A DNA stretch of 64,000 nt. It comes from a virus (taxonomy: Duplodnaviria > Caudoviricetes). Positions within the stretch are counted from its first letter, which is position 1, and each line of letters starts with the position of its first letter. Positions 48,594-57,725 of this stretch are shown one piece after another. Made by a program: the position numbers and the translations under genes. The notes beneath the pieces are model-generated. The model saw only the letters and a list, made by a program, of their open reading frames with translations. It made no database searches and was not told the DNA's origin. The DNA lies in the IMG/VR virus record IMGVR_UViG_3300010355_000588. One strand, 5' to 3'.

Positions 48594-49939
48594 TTCAAAA
48601 TCTCCTTGAGTTCTTTTAGTTCGTTCTTCCAGATGTCCTTGGCTGAAGTGGTGGCGATCTCGTTGTGTTGCTTGGTTTTTTGAGTTAGCTCAGTTTTCAG
48701 CCGTTCAAGCGATTCCTTGGTAAGCTGTCTGATGGGCGTGTTCAATAGATAGTCGAACGACCCGTTCTTCGTGACGATCTTGTCGGCCTTCTTTAGCTTT
48801 TCAATGACATCCTCTTCTGAGACATTGTACAGTTCGAGTTCCTTAGACATGTATAGCTTGATGAAGCATGCCCTGGATATCAGCCATGAGATTTCTTGCT
48901 TTAGTTCGGCCATTTGCTTCTGGCGTCTGAGTTCGTAATACCTCAGCCTAACTTCCATGTAGCGTTCGATAATGTCTTCGATGGATTTAGCCGTATCGTC
49001 GATGCGAATGTCCCCGTCGAGATTTAGATAGGTAAAGTTCTCAGTCACCGGCTTTACGAGCTTTAGAACGTTCTTCTTGAGATTCTGTTCGTCCTTTAGG
49101 AGTTCGGCAAGCTTCTGTCTAGTGAATGATACGACAAACTCAAAATGAGAATCAGTTGACTTATCGGCATAGTCGGAAATTACGTCGTCTTCCTGCAGCT
49201 TATCGAGCACCTTCACATATCCAGCCAGGTCATATTGTGGCGGAATCTCGGTTATATGGATGGTGTTGGTGTTCTTGACAGAATATAGTCCTTCGAACAA
49301 CCAGGAGCCATTTTCCTCAATGACCTTGCCTTTCCATCCAATATAATGGGGTGCCAATCTAGGTAGCTTGGTACCGTCGAGTCTAGCCAGCAGCCAGTCG
49401 ACTACCGTCTTTGGATTTCTAGGCAGAATTTTCTGGGCGAATCCAGTAGATATGCCTTCAGATCCGTTGATGGCGATCAGTGGCACGATTGGCAAGAGGA
49501 ACTTGGGCTCGATCTTGTCGCCTTCGAATTCCTGCTCGATTAGCACTGGGGTATCTTCTTTTCTGAAGATCTTCCAAATGTAGTCTTCGTAGCAGGTATA
49601 GATATACCTGGAAGCTGCTGCCTCTTGGATAGACCTGGTTCCGAACATGCCTTCCCTCTTGAGCAGGGGCAGGTTGTTCGATCCGACGAAGTTCTGAGCC
49701 AATCCAACAGCCACTCCGGTGAGCGACACTTCGCCGTGGATATAGGCGCAGAATTCTGCACATTTTGAAGACAGCTGGGCCACCTTGACCGGCTGCTTGA
49801 TATTATTGACCATTACTGTCCATAGAATCTTCCTAGCGCTTGTCTTCAGCCCATCGATATTAGAACCTATCTTACGATAATTGTCGTAGACTGAGTAGTC
49901 GCAATATTCGTTACGGAAGAAGCTGTCGATTTTCATCAA
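48590..49939 (-). CDS. DNA topoisomerase II medium subunit (gp52, GyrA-like)
   Basis: DGLKTSARK, YIHGE, FGTR, AASRYI (catalytic Tyr), GISTGF, TEIP. Confidence 0.95.
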   Translation of the reverse strand: MMKIDSFFRNEYCDYSVYDNYRKIGSNIDGLKTSARKILWTVMVNNIKQPVKVAQLSSKCAEFCAYIHGEVSLTGVAVGLAQNFVGSNNLPLLKREGMFGTRSIQEAAASRYIYTCYEDYIWKIFRKEDTPVLIEQEFEGDKIEPKFLLPIVPLIAINGSEGISTGFAQKILPRNPKTVVDWLLARLDGTKLPRLAPHYIGWKGKVIEENGSWLFEGLYSVKNTNTIHITEIPPQYDLAGYVKVLDKLQEDDVISDYADKSTDSHFEFVVSFTRQKLAELLKDEQNLKKNVLKLVKPVTENFTYLNLDGDIRIDDTAKSIEDIIERYMEVRLRYYELRRQKQMAELKQEISWLISRACFIKLYMSKELELYNVSEEDVIEKLKKADKIVTKNGSFDYLLNTPIRQLTKESLERLKTELTQKTKQHNEIATTSAKDIWKNELKELKEILK

Positions 49940-50364
49940 GGTTTTTCCACAAAGCGTTTAAGGTTTTCTTTTTCTTCCTTTTCAAATTCTTCTTTGCATA
50001 CGCTCACGATCTTCGCAATATCGCTTTTCTCACAGATAAGTCCATGTAAGAGCAACAGATAATTGATGGCGTCGACAATTCGCATGCCAATTGGCTCAGT
50101 ACTTTTGTTTTGGGCTTCGAGAACGCCGATCTTGCTCATGTCCTTTACGAAGGTGAAGATAGATGAAAGGTGCTTGTCCAAAAAGACGGTGATGACTTTC
50201 TCGGAAGGAATTTCTTGCGATTTGCCAGTGCGCTCGAAGTTGGCGAAGACGTTCTCTTCTTTTCCTTCGGCAGACTGATATTCCCTACCCTTTTCTTCAA
50301 GTACCTTCAGAACCTTATTCTCAATCAGTTCTTTGGTGATTTCGTAGAATTCTTGACGTTTCAT
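49936..50364 (-). CDS. Nucleotide-modification-associated all-alpha NTP pyrophosphatase-like protein (DUF1599-like)
   Basis: KGREY...FANFE...DKH...RIVDAINYLLLL. Confidence 0.55.
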   Translation of the reverse strand: MKRQEFYEITKELIENKVLKVLEEKGREYQSAEGKEENVFANFERTGKSQEIPSEKVITVFLDKHLSSIFTFVKDMSKIGVLEAQNKSTEPIGMRIVDAINYLLLLHGLICEKSDIAKIVSVCKEEFEKEEKENLKRFVEKP

Positions 50365-50404
50365 AGAAGCTCCTTTGGTTGTGTTAGATCAATTTGACAT
50401 GAGT

Positions 50405-50695
50405 TCACTCGGTTTTTAGGCTGAAAGTCAACATGGCGCACCCAGATTTGGCCTCGAGTTTGACGAAGGGGCTAAATGGACCCATCTTGCGCCTCTTCTG
50501 GAGCACTTCAGAGTAGAATTCCATAGTAACGGGTTTGGCCTTAGTTATGTCAGTCTGCCAGTCGGCTCCGGTCCAATAAAGAGGTCGGCAGCCAGACAAC
50601 ATCTTCGCTTGGACGATTCCAAGTTCTTCTTTTATTCCTTGCCTTCCTTTATGATTTTTATCTACCACCACAAACCTCCAATCCACCCTTGACAA
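50405..50695 (-). CDS. Hypothetical protein
   Basis: ORF with uncertain start. Confidence 0.45.
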   Translation of the reverse strand: MSRVDWRFVVVDKNHKGRQGIKEELGIVQAKMLSGCRPLYWTGADWQTDITKAKPVTMEFYSEVLQKRRKMGPFSPFVKLEAKSGCAMLTFSLKTE

Positions 50696-50906
50696 ATTTC
50701 AATTTGTTGGTTCGGGTTTGATGCACACCCGCCGAATGCGGCATTGTAGCCCGCTGGCTCGCAGAACATTGGGCAATCGTCGCAGCAATATGCAAATGCA
50801 AATCCATCTGTTATGGGATTGCTCCGAATAACCTACATTGCATCGGCTTCATCTTCCCCGTCCGTTCAATGTACAGGATTCCGGCTTCATTGATTAGGAT
50901 TTTCGC
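50660..50906 (-). pseudogene. Cys-rich small gene with a damaged start and a frameshift
   Basis: AGGAGG RBS, then GCG-KILINEAGILYIERTGKMKPMQC..., 1-nt shift near 50816 to ...CCDDCPMFCEP. Confidence 0.4.
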
Positions 50907-51385
50907 TTGATCCTCCTGATTACGATTGCGTTTTTTGAGGTTGCACCAGTCCAGTTTAGCCTATCCCATACAGGACCGCGCCCTGACAAAACATAGTCTC
51001 TGGCTGTCGGAAATTCATTTCCTTCCAGCAAACGGAACCCATCCGGAACACCCCCTGTAAAAGCCATCTGTTTCGGCTCCGTTTCGACCGGCTCGGCTCC
51101 GTCAAGTTCCCATTGATAAAGACAACCTTTTGATGTAGAAAACGTGAAATTATCACGCCTTTCGTTGAAAAAAAACTCATCTCCTTGACGGCTCCGGTAT
51201 TTCTTACACCCATACATCTCATTTCCGTTGCTGTCAATTGGTGCAGCAAAACGGTATTCGCATCCAAGTTCCCAGTTTGGACTTTTCGTTTTTTCCCAAA
51301 GATATTTAGTAATTTTGTACTCAACCCTCCTGCTTGTGTCTTCGAACCACAATTTCGCGATTTCTGCATGCGGATGCCTGCTCAT
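50894..51385 (-). CDS. Hypothetical protein, DSNGN family, third paralog
   Basis: RHPHAEIAKLWFED...YRFAAPIDSNGNEM...WELDG. Confidence 0.65.
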   Translation of the reverse strand: MSRHPHAEIAKLWFEDTSRRVEYKITKYLWEKTKSPNWELGCEYRFAAPIDSNGNEMYGCKKYRSRQGDEFFFNERRDNFTFSTSKGCLYQWELDGAEPVETEPKQMAFTGGVPDGFRLLEGNEFPTARDYVLSGRGPVWDRLNWTGATSKNAIVIRRIKRKS

Positions 51386-51642
51386 TTCTGCTCCTTTCGT
51401 TCGTCGTTCCACATGAACGTGGTTGCTCCTTTTTTGCAGTTGTTTTTCATGTTTGTTTACTTCCTATGTTATGGTCACGTGGATATTGTTCCACAGCCAG
51501 ATGATTATGTCGATCCATTTCCAGATTGCGAACGGAAGAATCAGGAAAAAGCCTATCGCCAAAGTGAACAAAACCATCAGAGATCCCGCGAATCCGTCAT
51601 CCAATCCGCTACTCATTTCTGCTCCTTTCGTTCGTCGTTCCA
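51381..51642. repeat. 31-bp direct repeat (51381-51411 and 51612-51642)
   Basis: ctcatttctgctcctttcgttcgtcgttcca occurs twice, flanking a small membrane-protein gene. Confidence 0.9.
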
Positions 51643-51816
51643 TCGGAATGCGGCTTCACCTGTGTCTTTATCAATAACGTAGCTTCCTGCATTATTATCG
51701 ATGGCCCTACTATATAGTGCTTTTTTGGTGTTTCCGCTCGATATCAGGCATATCGTAATCGTCAATAAAACACCGAGAAAGAAACCCATCAAAAAACTAA
51801 AGGTTCCGTCACTCAC
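51613..51816 (-). CDS. Small membrane protein
   Basis: N-terminal TM segment. Confidence 0.55.
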   Translation of the reverse strand: MSDGTFSFLMGFFLGVLLTITICLISSGNTKKALYSRAIDNNAGSYVIDKDTGEAAFRWNDERKEQK

Positions 51817-51883
51817 CTCTTACCATCCTTTCTTTTTCCATTCGTCAGCCTCTGCGTACTTACGAAACATAGGTATTTGTGCA

Positions 51884-52099
51884 TTATGCCTTTCTGTTGA
51901 TAGATTCTGAGTGAATCATATAATGGATATCATAGCTGAGTTGTTCCAATTTAGCGGCATTTTTACTAACACGGTTTAAGACTCCAATAATTATCTTCAC
52001 TTTTTTAGCTGTGCTAAAATTCTTCCACCCGTCCCAATATTTGAATTGTTTAGCATTGACGAGTTTCTTGATCTTATTAAGTTCGTCTGAATCATTCAT
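51884..52099 (-). CDS. Hypothetical protein
   Basis: ATGA-coupled ORF. Confidence 0.5.
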   Translation of the reverse strand: MNDSDELNKIKKLVNAKQFKYWDGWKNFSTAKKVKIIIGVLNRVSKNAAKLEQLSYDIHYMIHSESINRKA

Positions 52100-52434
52100 T
52101 TATTAGCCTTCCTTTCCATGTAGTTTTCCAACGCTTTCAAATCATTACAGAACTCAACACAATCATCATCCAGCTCGTCGCGTTCGCCACTGTTGACAAG
52201 AGCATTGAAATTCCACGAAAGAACAGCCTGGACCAAGGATTCCAATTCGCTTTCCGCCAACAGGTCTACTTCTTCTCGAGCTTCCTTTTTGTTACATGAG
52301 CCATCTTGCCAGTCACGATACTTGCATTCCTTTTGACGATGGTCGGCCTCCCGATGTTTACAATTTTTCCATATTTCACAGTTGTGAGACATTTGGCGAT
52401 GGCACTGGTTGGTTTTTTCAACAGCATCGTTCAT
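52096..52434 (-). CDS. Cys-rich hypothetical protein
   Basis: ATGA-coupled ORF. Confidence 0.55.
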   Translation of the reverse strand: MNDAVEKTNQCHRQMSHNCEIWKNCKHREADHRQKECKYRDWQDGSCNKKEAREEVDLLAESELESLVQAVLSWNFNALVNSGERDELDDDCVEFCNDLKALENYMERKANK

Positions 52435-52784
52435 TTGGAGAGCCCCTTCTTATAGATTTCAACGAGTTTAGCCTTGTCGCTAATGGCATAGATCTGTCCG
52501 GCATATTTGGGCATGAGCTTGTGGACATAAGCCATCTGGCGGTCGGTAATCCGACGGGTTTTGGATTGTTCGTAGATCGAGCTGAGAAAAGTGGCGTCGA
52601 GTCCGTTGAAACCAATCCCATTGTCATATTTGGTCTTGGCTGTCATTTGTTCGTCTTCGGTCTGGTGGAGATAGATACGTTCGAGACCACGGAGGGCCCA
52701 GGCACGGTTGGTGTGAAGTTGCTTCCGAATGAACGATACCAATTCAGTTTTGGTGGGTTCGGCGTTCTGTTTGGCATTTTTCAT
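52431..52784 (-). CDS. Early phage protein
   Basis: Q.EDEQ...NGIGFNGLDA.FLSS...KYAGQI motif; promoter at 52803-52842. Confidence 0.7.
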   Translation of the reverse strand: MKNAKQNAEPTKTELVSFIRKQLHTNRAWALRGLERIYLHQTEDEQMTAKTKYDNGIGFNGLDATFLSSIYEQSKTRRITDRQMAYVHKLMPKYAGQIYAISDKAKLVEIYKKGLSK

Positions 52785-52873
52785 TTTGATCTCCTTGATT
52801 TTCAGTATAGTATATGATACAATGAAAGCGGTTGACTGTCAACCGCCCAAAGGAAAATAAATGAAAAATAATT

Positions 52874-53122
52874 CTATCTTCTAGTACGGATGATTCGTTT
52901 GTTACGTGTGATGGTTCTGATCTTCTTTTTTCTAACAGGAGTGCTGACTGATATGTAAGAATAATGAGGTTGTTCCGCTGGAAGATATTCCAATTCGGCC
53001 AATTTGGCCTTCAATATTGAATCATCTGATGGCTTAATCCTATCTAATATGATAACGCCCAAGACCATGGAAGGAATAATGACACACGATACCAATCCAA
53101 AGATGAACATCAGAATATCCAT
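52874..53122 (-). CDS. Small membrane protein
   Basis: N-terminal TM segment, basic tail. Confidence 0.55.
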   Translation of the reverse strand: MDILMFIFGLVSCVIIPSMVLGVIILDRIKPSDDSILKAKLAELEYLPAEQPHYSYISVSTPVRKKKIRTITRNKRIIRTRR

Positions 53123-53123
53123 A

Positions 53124-54071
53124 TTAGTCTTCCTTGGCTGACTGGTTGTTCGTGTCGTCTACATAAATAAACGCTACCTTATTTCTGACCGCCTGATCCA
53201 CCTGAGTCTTGGACAAATAATGCCAGGTCATTTCTCCGGACCGCTTTGCTATTACCAGACGTTTGACCTCGCCTTTGTCAACCACTAATGGATATCCAGC
53301 ATCTTCATATTCATCCAATCCTAAAGACAATCCTTTTCTTTGGTTTTCTTCAGCGACGGAAAGCTTATCGATTTCATCAAGCAACTCAATAATTCTTGCT
53401 TTCAACTCTGCAATATGTTCGCCCATTCCCCTTTTATCGGATTTTAGTCTTGTATTTTCCTTCTCCAGTTCTTTGATTTTGTCATGATCTTCTTTCTGGG
53501 TAGTTTGCCTGAGTTTTGAAACTCCCAGGGCTGCGTTAACCTTTGTAATTTCAACATTTAGATGCTCATTGATAAATCTATATTTTTCGTTTTCCCGCAA
53601 TAGTTTGGCGTTTTCTTTCTGAAGTTCTTCCAGAATCTCAACACTTACTGCATTAACCACCGTTTTATGCACATCTGATTGATTTTGGTCTTCGACTTCT
53701 TTTTCTAACTTCTTGTTTTCGGTAGTAAGCTGTTCGATCCGATTTAAGCATTCTTTGAAAATCGCATAAAGAGCTGAATTGTCAAAAGCCAATGGACGTT
53801 GTTGACCCACTAACTTTGTAGAAAGATCAGAAAATATGCTCATTGGTTTGACATCAGCTTGGGATGTTGGTAGATAATTACGATAAAGATTCCATTGTGC
53901 TTCGTTAGCCAATACAAATATCGGAGCATTTTTTTGGGTGCCATCTCGCAACATGACATCATAACGACGATGCAATATTCCATTCATTGACACGTCAGTA
54001 TGTCCAATCCGACGAGTCTTATCATAATACTGGATGATTTCTTTCAAATTCTCAAAAAGTTGTTTGTTCAT
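53124..54071 (-). CDS. Coiled-coil hypothetical protein
   Basis: Likely start MNKQLF after GGAG. Confidence 0.6.
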   Translation of the reverse strand: MNKQLFENLKEIIQYYDKTRRIGHTDVSMNGILHRRYDVMLRDGTQKNAPIFVLANEAQWNLYRNYLPTSQADVKPMSIFSDLSTKLVGQQRPLAFDNSALYAIFKECLNRIEQLTTENKKLEKEVEDQNQSDVHKTVVNAVSVEILEELQKENAKLLRENEKYRFINEHLNVEITKVNAALGVSKLRQTTQKEDHDKIKELEKENTRLKSDKRGMGEHIAELKARIIELLDEIDKLSVAEENQRKGLSLGLDEYEDAGYPLVVDKGEVKRLVIAKRSGEMTWHYLSKTQVDQAVRNKVAFIYVDDTNNQSAKED

Positions 54072-54943
54072 TAGTTGTTCTCCTTTGCATCGTTGGTATT
54101 GTTGGTTCTTGCATTCCACTCATCTAACAGAGATTGGATCCTTCCATAGATAGATCCAACGTGTCCTTGGATGAAACATCCAGATTTATGACGGCAATTC
54201 TCAGATACCGAGCCATTAGCATGAATGGCCATAGCAAATGGGGCGCCACAGAATGGACAGTCTTGAGCTACTTTGTCTTTACCTCCAAAGACATCGTCGA
54301 TGATGTTCTGAAGCTCGCCGAAATTGCTGACTGGGCTTTCTTCGACTTTGTCTCCGACGTCCGCCTCGCTGTTGGAGTAGGTCACCCATTCTTCATCAGC
54401 ATATGGTTCAAGAACATGTTCTACAATGTCGTCGAATGGGAAGTAATAATTAGTTTCATAATTCTTCCTTCCATTGGCCTGAAATATGTCCGACTTAAAA
54501 CAAAACGGAATAATGTCGTCTTCGAACCGATCTGAATATTTCTTTCCAGCCTGTGTCTGAGTTAGGTAGTCCAAGCGTACAAAAGACGGATCATATACAG
54601 CACCACTACTAACGAACTCCCGCAACGAATCGTTGTTTGAGAAGAAATGACCGTTCGTAGAACAAATCAGATTTCGGTTATATCTGATAATGAAGTCACC
54701 CTCGTTAAGGTATGTCACTACTCTGTATTTTTTTCGGAGGTTCTTTTTTGGTTTTAGTTCAATTCCATAGAAATATCTTGGATTTCCTGGCAATCTTTCA
54801 CAAGCGAAGAAATTACACGAACTTGGTTTAGACGAACGGACCCATTGCTGACACCACCGATAAACATTGGAAGTCGTATCTTCATTCAATCCAACCGGAA
54901 TCTGGAAAGCTTCATAGATATGTTCTTTCTTAACAGCGTACAT
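54071..54943 (-). CDS. Hypothetical protein with a C-terminal Lar-like Zn finger
   Basis: CPFCG...H..GC...WNART. Confidence 0.55.
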   Translation of the reverse strand: MYAVKKEHIYEAFQIPVGLNEDTTSNVYRWCQQWVRSSKPSSCNFFACERLPGNPRYFYGIELKPKKNLRKKYRVVTYLNEGDFIIRYNRNLICSTNGHFFSNNDSLREFVSSGAVYDPSFVRLDYLTQTQAGKKYSDRFEDDIIPFCFKSDIFQANGRKNYETNYYFPFDDIVEHVLEPYADEEWVTYSNSEADVGDKVEESPVSNFGELQNIIDDVFGGKDKVAQDCPFCGAPFAMAIHANGSVSENCRHKSGCFIQGHVGSIYGRIQSLLDEWNARTNNTNDAKENN

Positions 54944-54994
54944 GATTATTCCTTTAGTTTAGATTCAATATGACACAGTTCAGACATAAGTTAT

Positions 54995-55070
54995 TGGCCT
55001 CCCGAGCAGGGATCGAACCTGCGGCCTGCTGATTAGAAGTCAGCTGCTCTGTCCTCTGAGCTATCGGGAG
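54995..55070 (-). tRNA. tRNA-Arg (anticodon TCT)
   Basis: 76 nt; CTCCCGA/TCGGGAG acceptor stem, GCTGA-CTTCTAA-TCAGC anticodon arm, GGTTCGATCC T-arm, encoded CCA. Confidence 0.95.
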
Positions 55071-55131
55071 AATGTTTATCCCTTGATGTTGATGAGCGGC
55101 TTGGTGGTTTTCAGCGGTCGGATTGACATGT

Positions 55132-55362
55132 TCAGATCTCCTTGATGCGGTCGGTTAGCGATTCAGACGATATGTAACTATCTCCAATGAAAACATATCC
55201 ATCAGATTGGTAGGATTCGTTCAAGTTAGAGGCATCTACCGCGGTGAGCCACGGATTGCCAATGAAATCTACAACCGGATTCAACACCATATCATGCTTC
55301 TTGAGAATCTTAGCGAGATCCTTCATAAAGGCGATCTTTTGGTCAAGAGTTTTCATCATCAA
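55132..55362 (-). CDS. Small hypothetical protein
   Basis: ORF in an early operon. Confidence 0.5.
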   Translation of the reverse strand: MMMKTLDQKIAFMKDLAKILKKHDMVLNPVVDFIGNPWLTAVDASNLNESYQSDGYVFIGDSYISSESLTDRIKEI

Positions 55363-55508
55363 TCTTTCTTTTGAAATCTTTTCTTTAATTCCGATTTGGC
55401 CTTTTTAACCAATTCTTTGAATTTCAAAGTTTCCTTCTTTTCTTTCATAACCAGTTTGTCGGCTTCTTCTGGGATTACGCCGTAATTATTAATCAGATCA
55501 TTTTTCAT
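55359..55508 (-). CDS. Small basic early protein
   Basis: Likely start MKNDL after AGGAG; promoter at 55548-55587. Confidence 0.5.
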   Translation of the reverse strand: MKNDLINNYGVIPEEADKLVMKEKKETLKFKELVKKAKSELKKRFQKKD

Positions 55509-55590
55509 CGTCAATCTCCTTCGGTTGTTTAGCACGTTTAGCATTTTCAATATAGTATATAATACAACCGAAAGGAGGATTTGTCAACCA

Positions 55591-56155
55591 TCAGATCGAA
55601 AATAAATCGAAATTTTTCTGCTTCAGATACTCCTTACGCTTGTCTGCCTTGGAACTCGAAAGCCAGTCATCGACAATCTGGACGTCAGTAGCTTCGTCGA
55701 AGTCTATCTTGACTACGAATTTGTCCATGCCGACCTTCTTTACCAGATCGCGTAACTCCTCAGTCTTCCAGGTGCCAAGACCCTTGTAGTAATGTTGTTT
55801 ATATTTAGATACATCGTTCTTGGCGACGAAGGCCTGGTAGTCTGGAAGATTCATGAAATGGTGGACGATCTTTCCTTTAGAATCTTTCAGCGTGACAATC
55901 GGGGTCTGAAGCTTGTAGATGTTGTTCTTCAGGATTTCTTTGAAGTGCTTGTAAAAAAGACCGATGTAAAGACCAGTGATATGTGAACCAGTTACTCCCC
56001 AACTAACCATCACCATCAGCATCTGTAGCGATGATGATTTTGTCAAAGTTGCTGGTTCTATCTACCTGGTTGCAGTTCATGGTTCTTCTTACATTAGTCT
56101 GTTGTTGGTAGGCGTTCATATCTACCTTAGACTTGTTGATCTTTTTGAACTTCAT
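55591..56155 (-). CDS. Topoisomerase II small subunit (gp60-like) with a 19-nt coding gap; join(56155..56006, 55986..55591), 181 aa
   Basis: MKFKKINKSKVDM...NVRR...IIIATDADGDG, TAG, then SHITGL...TPIV...YYKGLGT...RKEYL in another frame. Confidence 0.85.
55987..56008 (-). other. Putative ribosomal bypass element
   Basis: GGT TAG TTGGGGAGTAACT GGT: matched codons, stop, hairpin, GGAG. Confidence 0.75.
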
Positions 56156-57705
56156 GGAGTATCTCCCTTTATTAGATTTTTCACGCCAATCCAAGACCCA
56201 TTTATCTCAATTTCGTCCTCTAATCGGGCTACTATTTTCTCTCCGTCTACTTCAAATTCGTACCATTCTTCAGGTTCTGCCTTCCCAATCTGTAATCCAC
56301 AGATCTGGAATATCTCCTGCATTTCTTTGTTGTCAATGATGCGCTTCTCGGTAGATTCATAGGCGTTCAACGGGACACCTCTAGAGCCATAGTAGGCGAA
56401 GTGCTTCCGACCAAAGGCTGCCGATAGACCACCCATGGCAGACATCCCTTCGCAGATGAAGAAAGCCTCAGGGGTGTCAGTAGCTGCCAAATATGCGTCG
56501 GACTTGATCTTCATCTTCTTGAGCTTCTTGTTGAATTCTTCGAGCTCCTTGTTCTTCTTATATTCTTCTCGCAGCTTGAAGATCTCCACGACCGGATCCA
56601 TCAACTTCTCGTTCTTGTAGATCTTGTCGTTGAGCTTCTCGAAGTCCAGACCAGCCAGAAACGCTCTAATCTCTCCGGTTGAGTTGGTTAGACGCTCCTT
56701 GGTTTGGCTGTCGAACTTCGGGTTTGGAAATCCCCTAAACACACAGACAATCTTCAACCGGTTGTAGATGTCAGCTGGCACGATGGTCTTATATTTCTTG
56801 ATTAGTTTGTTGCGGATCTTATAGGAAATCTCGTTGCAGATAAGATCCATGTGGTTGCCACCATTCTTCATGTGCAGTCCGTTGACATATGAAATGGTCG
56901 TGTAGCTATCGGTGTCAGATGGATATACCCCGAGCAAGAAATTGTCAGCTTCTACATATTCGAAGTCTTTTCCATAATATTCCAGATAAGACTTACCTGA
57001 TCTAACATCGATACGCTTGGTATTGAAGTAGAACTTGATCTGAGGAAAGGAGACAGCCAACTGGATAAGCCGTTGTTCAATGACATTCTGATGGTTGGCA
57101 TCGATCTCATTCAATCCAAAACGTTCAAGGTCAGGCGTGAATTGAACAATAGTGAACGAATTCTTGTGGGTGGCCTTCTTGATCTTGTACGACATCTTCT
57201 TGAGATTATCAGTACACTTAAGAATAAGCTTTTCCTTGCCAGAATATGTCTCAACGGAGAATTCCTTAGACCAGACGTTGGTGCAAAAAGCTCCGACGCC
57301 AAAGGATCCAATTGACTTTCTTTCTTCAACAAAGTTAGAACCGGCTTTCGCGTGGGTGAACGCCAGGACGGCCTTTGGCAGCTTTGTCCCCCTGTCGATG
57401 TCCACGGGAACCCCTCTTCCATTGTCTTCCACCTTGACAGAAGTCTTATCGATTGTCACGTAGATTCTATTGGCCTTAGCGAAGTCTGTCTTAATTGCTT
57501 CGTCTACGCTGTTGTCGATGACTTCATTGATGATTTTGGCAAGCCCTGGGACATATGTATATTTCTTGTATTCGAAGAGGTTGGACTCACGGTTCAAGAG
57601 AAAGCCTTCAGCCTCTACGTAGTTAATGGACCCGATGTACATGTCTGGCTTGGTAAGGACATGCTCCTCGTCGGTCAGCTTTCTAATTTCATTATTAGCT
57701 GCCAT
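56152..57705 (-). CDS. Topoisomerase II large subunit (gp39-like; GHKL ATPase plus the N-terminal half of TOPRIM)
   Basis: PDMYIGS, EVIDNSVDE, DNGRGVP, AGSNF, FDSQTKE, CEGMSA, RGVPLN; ends before the DxD motif. Confidence 0.95.
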   Translation of the reverse strand: MAANNEIRKLTDEEHVLTKPDMYIGSINYVEAEGFLLNRESNLFEYKKYTYVPGLAKIINEVIDNSVDEAIKTDFAKANRIYVTIDKTSVKVEDNGRGVPVDIDRGTKLPKAVLAFTHAKAGSNFVEERKSIGSFGVGAFCTNVWSKEFSVETYSGKEKLILKCTDNLKKMSYKIKKATHKNSFTIVQFTPDLERFGLNEIDANHQNVIEQRLIQLAVSFPQIKFYFNTKRIDVRSGKSYLEYYGKDFEYVEADNFLLGVYPSDTDSYTTISYVNGLHMKNGGNHMDLICNEISYKIRNKLIKKYKTIVPADIYNRLKIVCVFRGFPNPKFDSQTKERLTNSTGEIRAFLAGLDFEKLNDKIYKNEKLMDPVVEIFKLREEYKKNKELEEFNKKLKKMKIKSDAYLAATDTPEAFFICEGMSAMGGLSAAFGRKHFAYYGSRGVPLNAYESTEKRIIDNKEMQEIFQICGLQIGKAEPEEWYEFEVDGEKIVARLEDEIEINGSWIGVKNLIKGDTP

Positions 57706-57725
57706 GTGTCTCCTTGGTTAGAAAT

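Noticed and set aside
54995-55070. tRNA as an amber suppressor (the loop contains CTA)
   Set aside because: The 7-nt loop CTTCTAA places TCT at positions 34-36, so it is an ordinary tRNA-Arg.
55987-56005. Intron or intein in the topoisomerase gene
   Set aside because: 19 nt is far too short for a self-splicing intron, and the insert is out of frame and contains a stop.
56120-56155. gp60-like MKFKKI start as a member of the capsid-targeting family
   Set aside because: It lacks the LLE end and matches the T4 gp60 leader instead.
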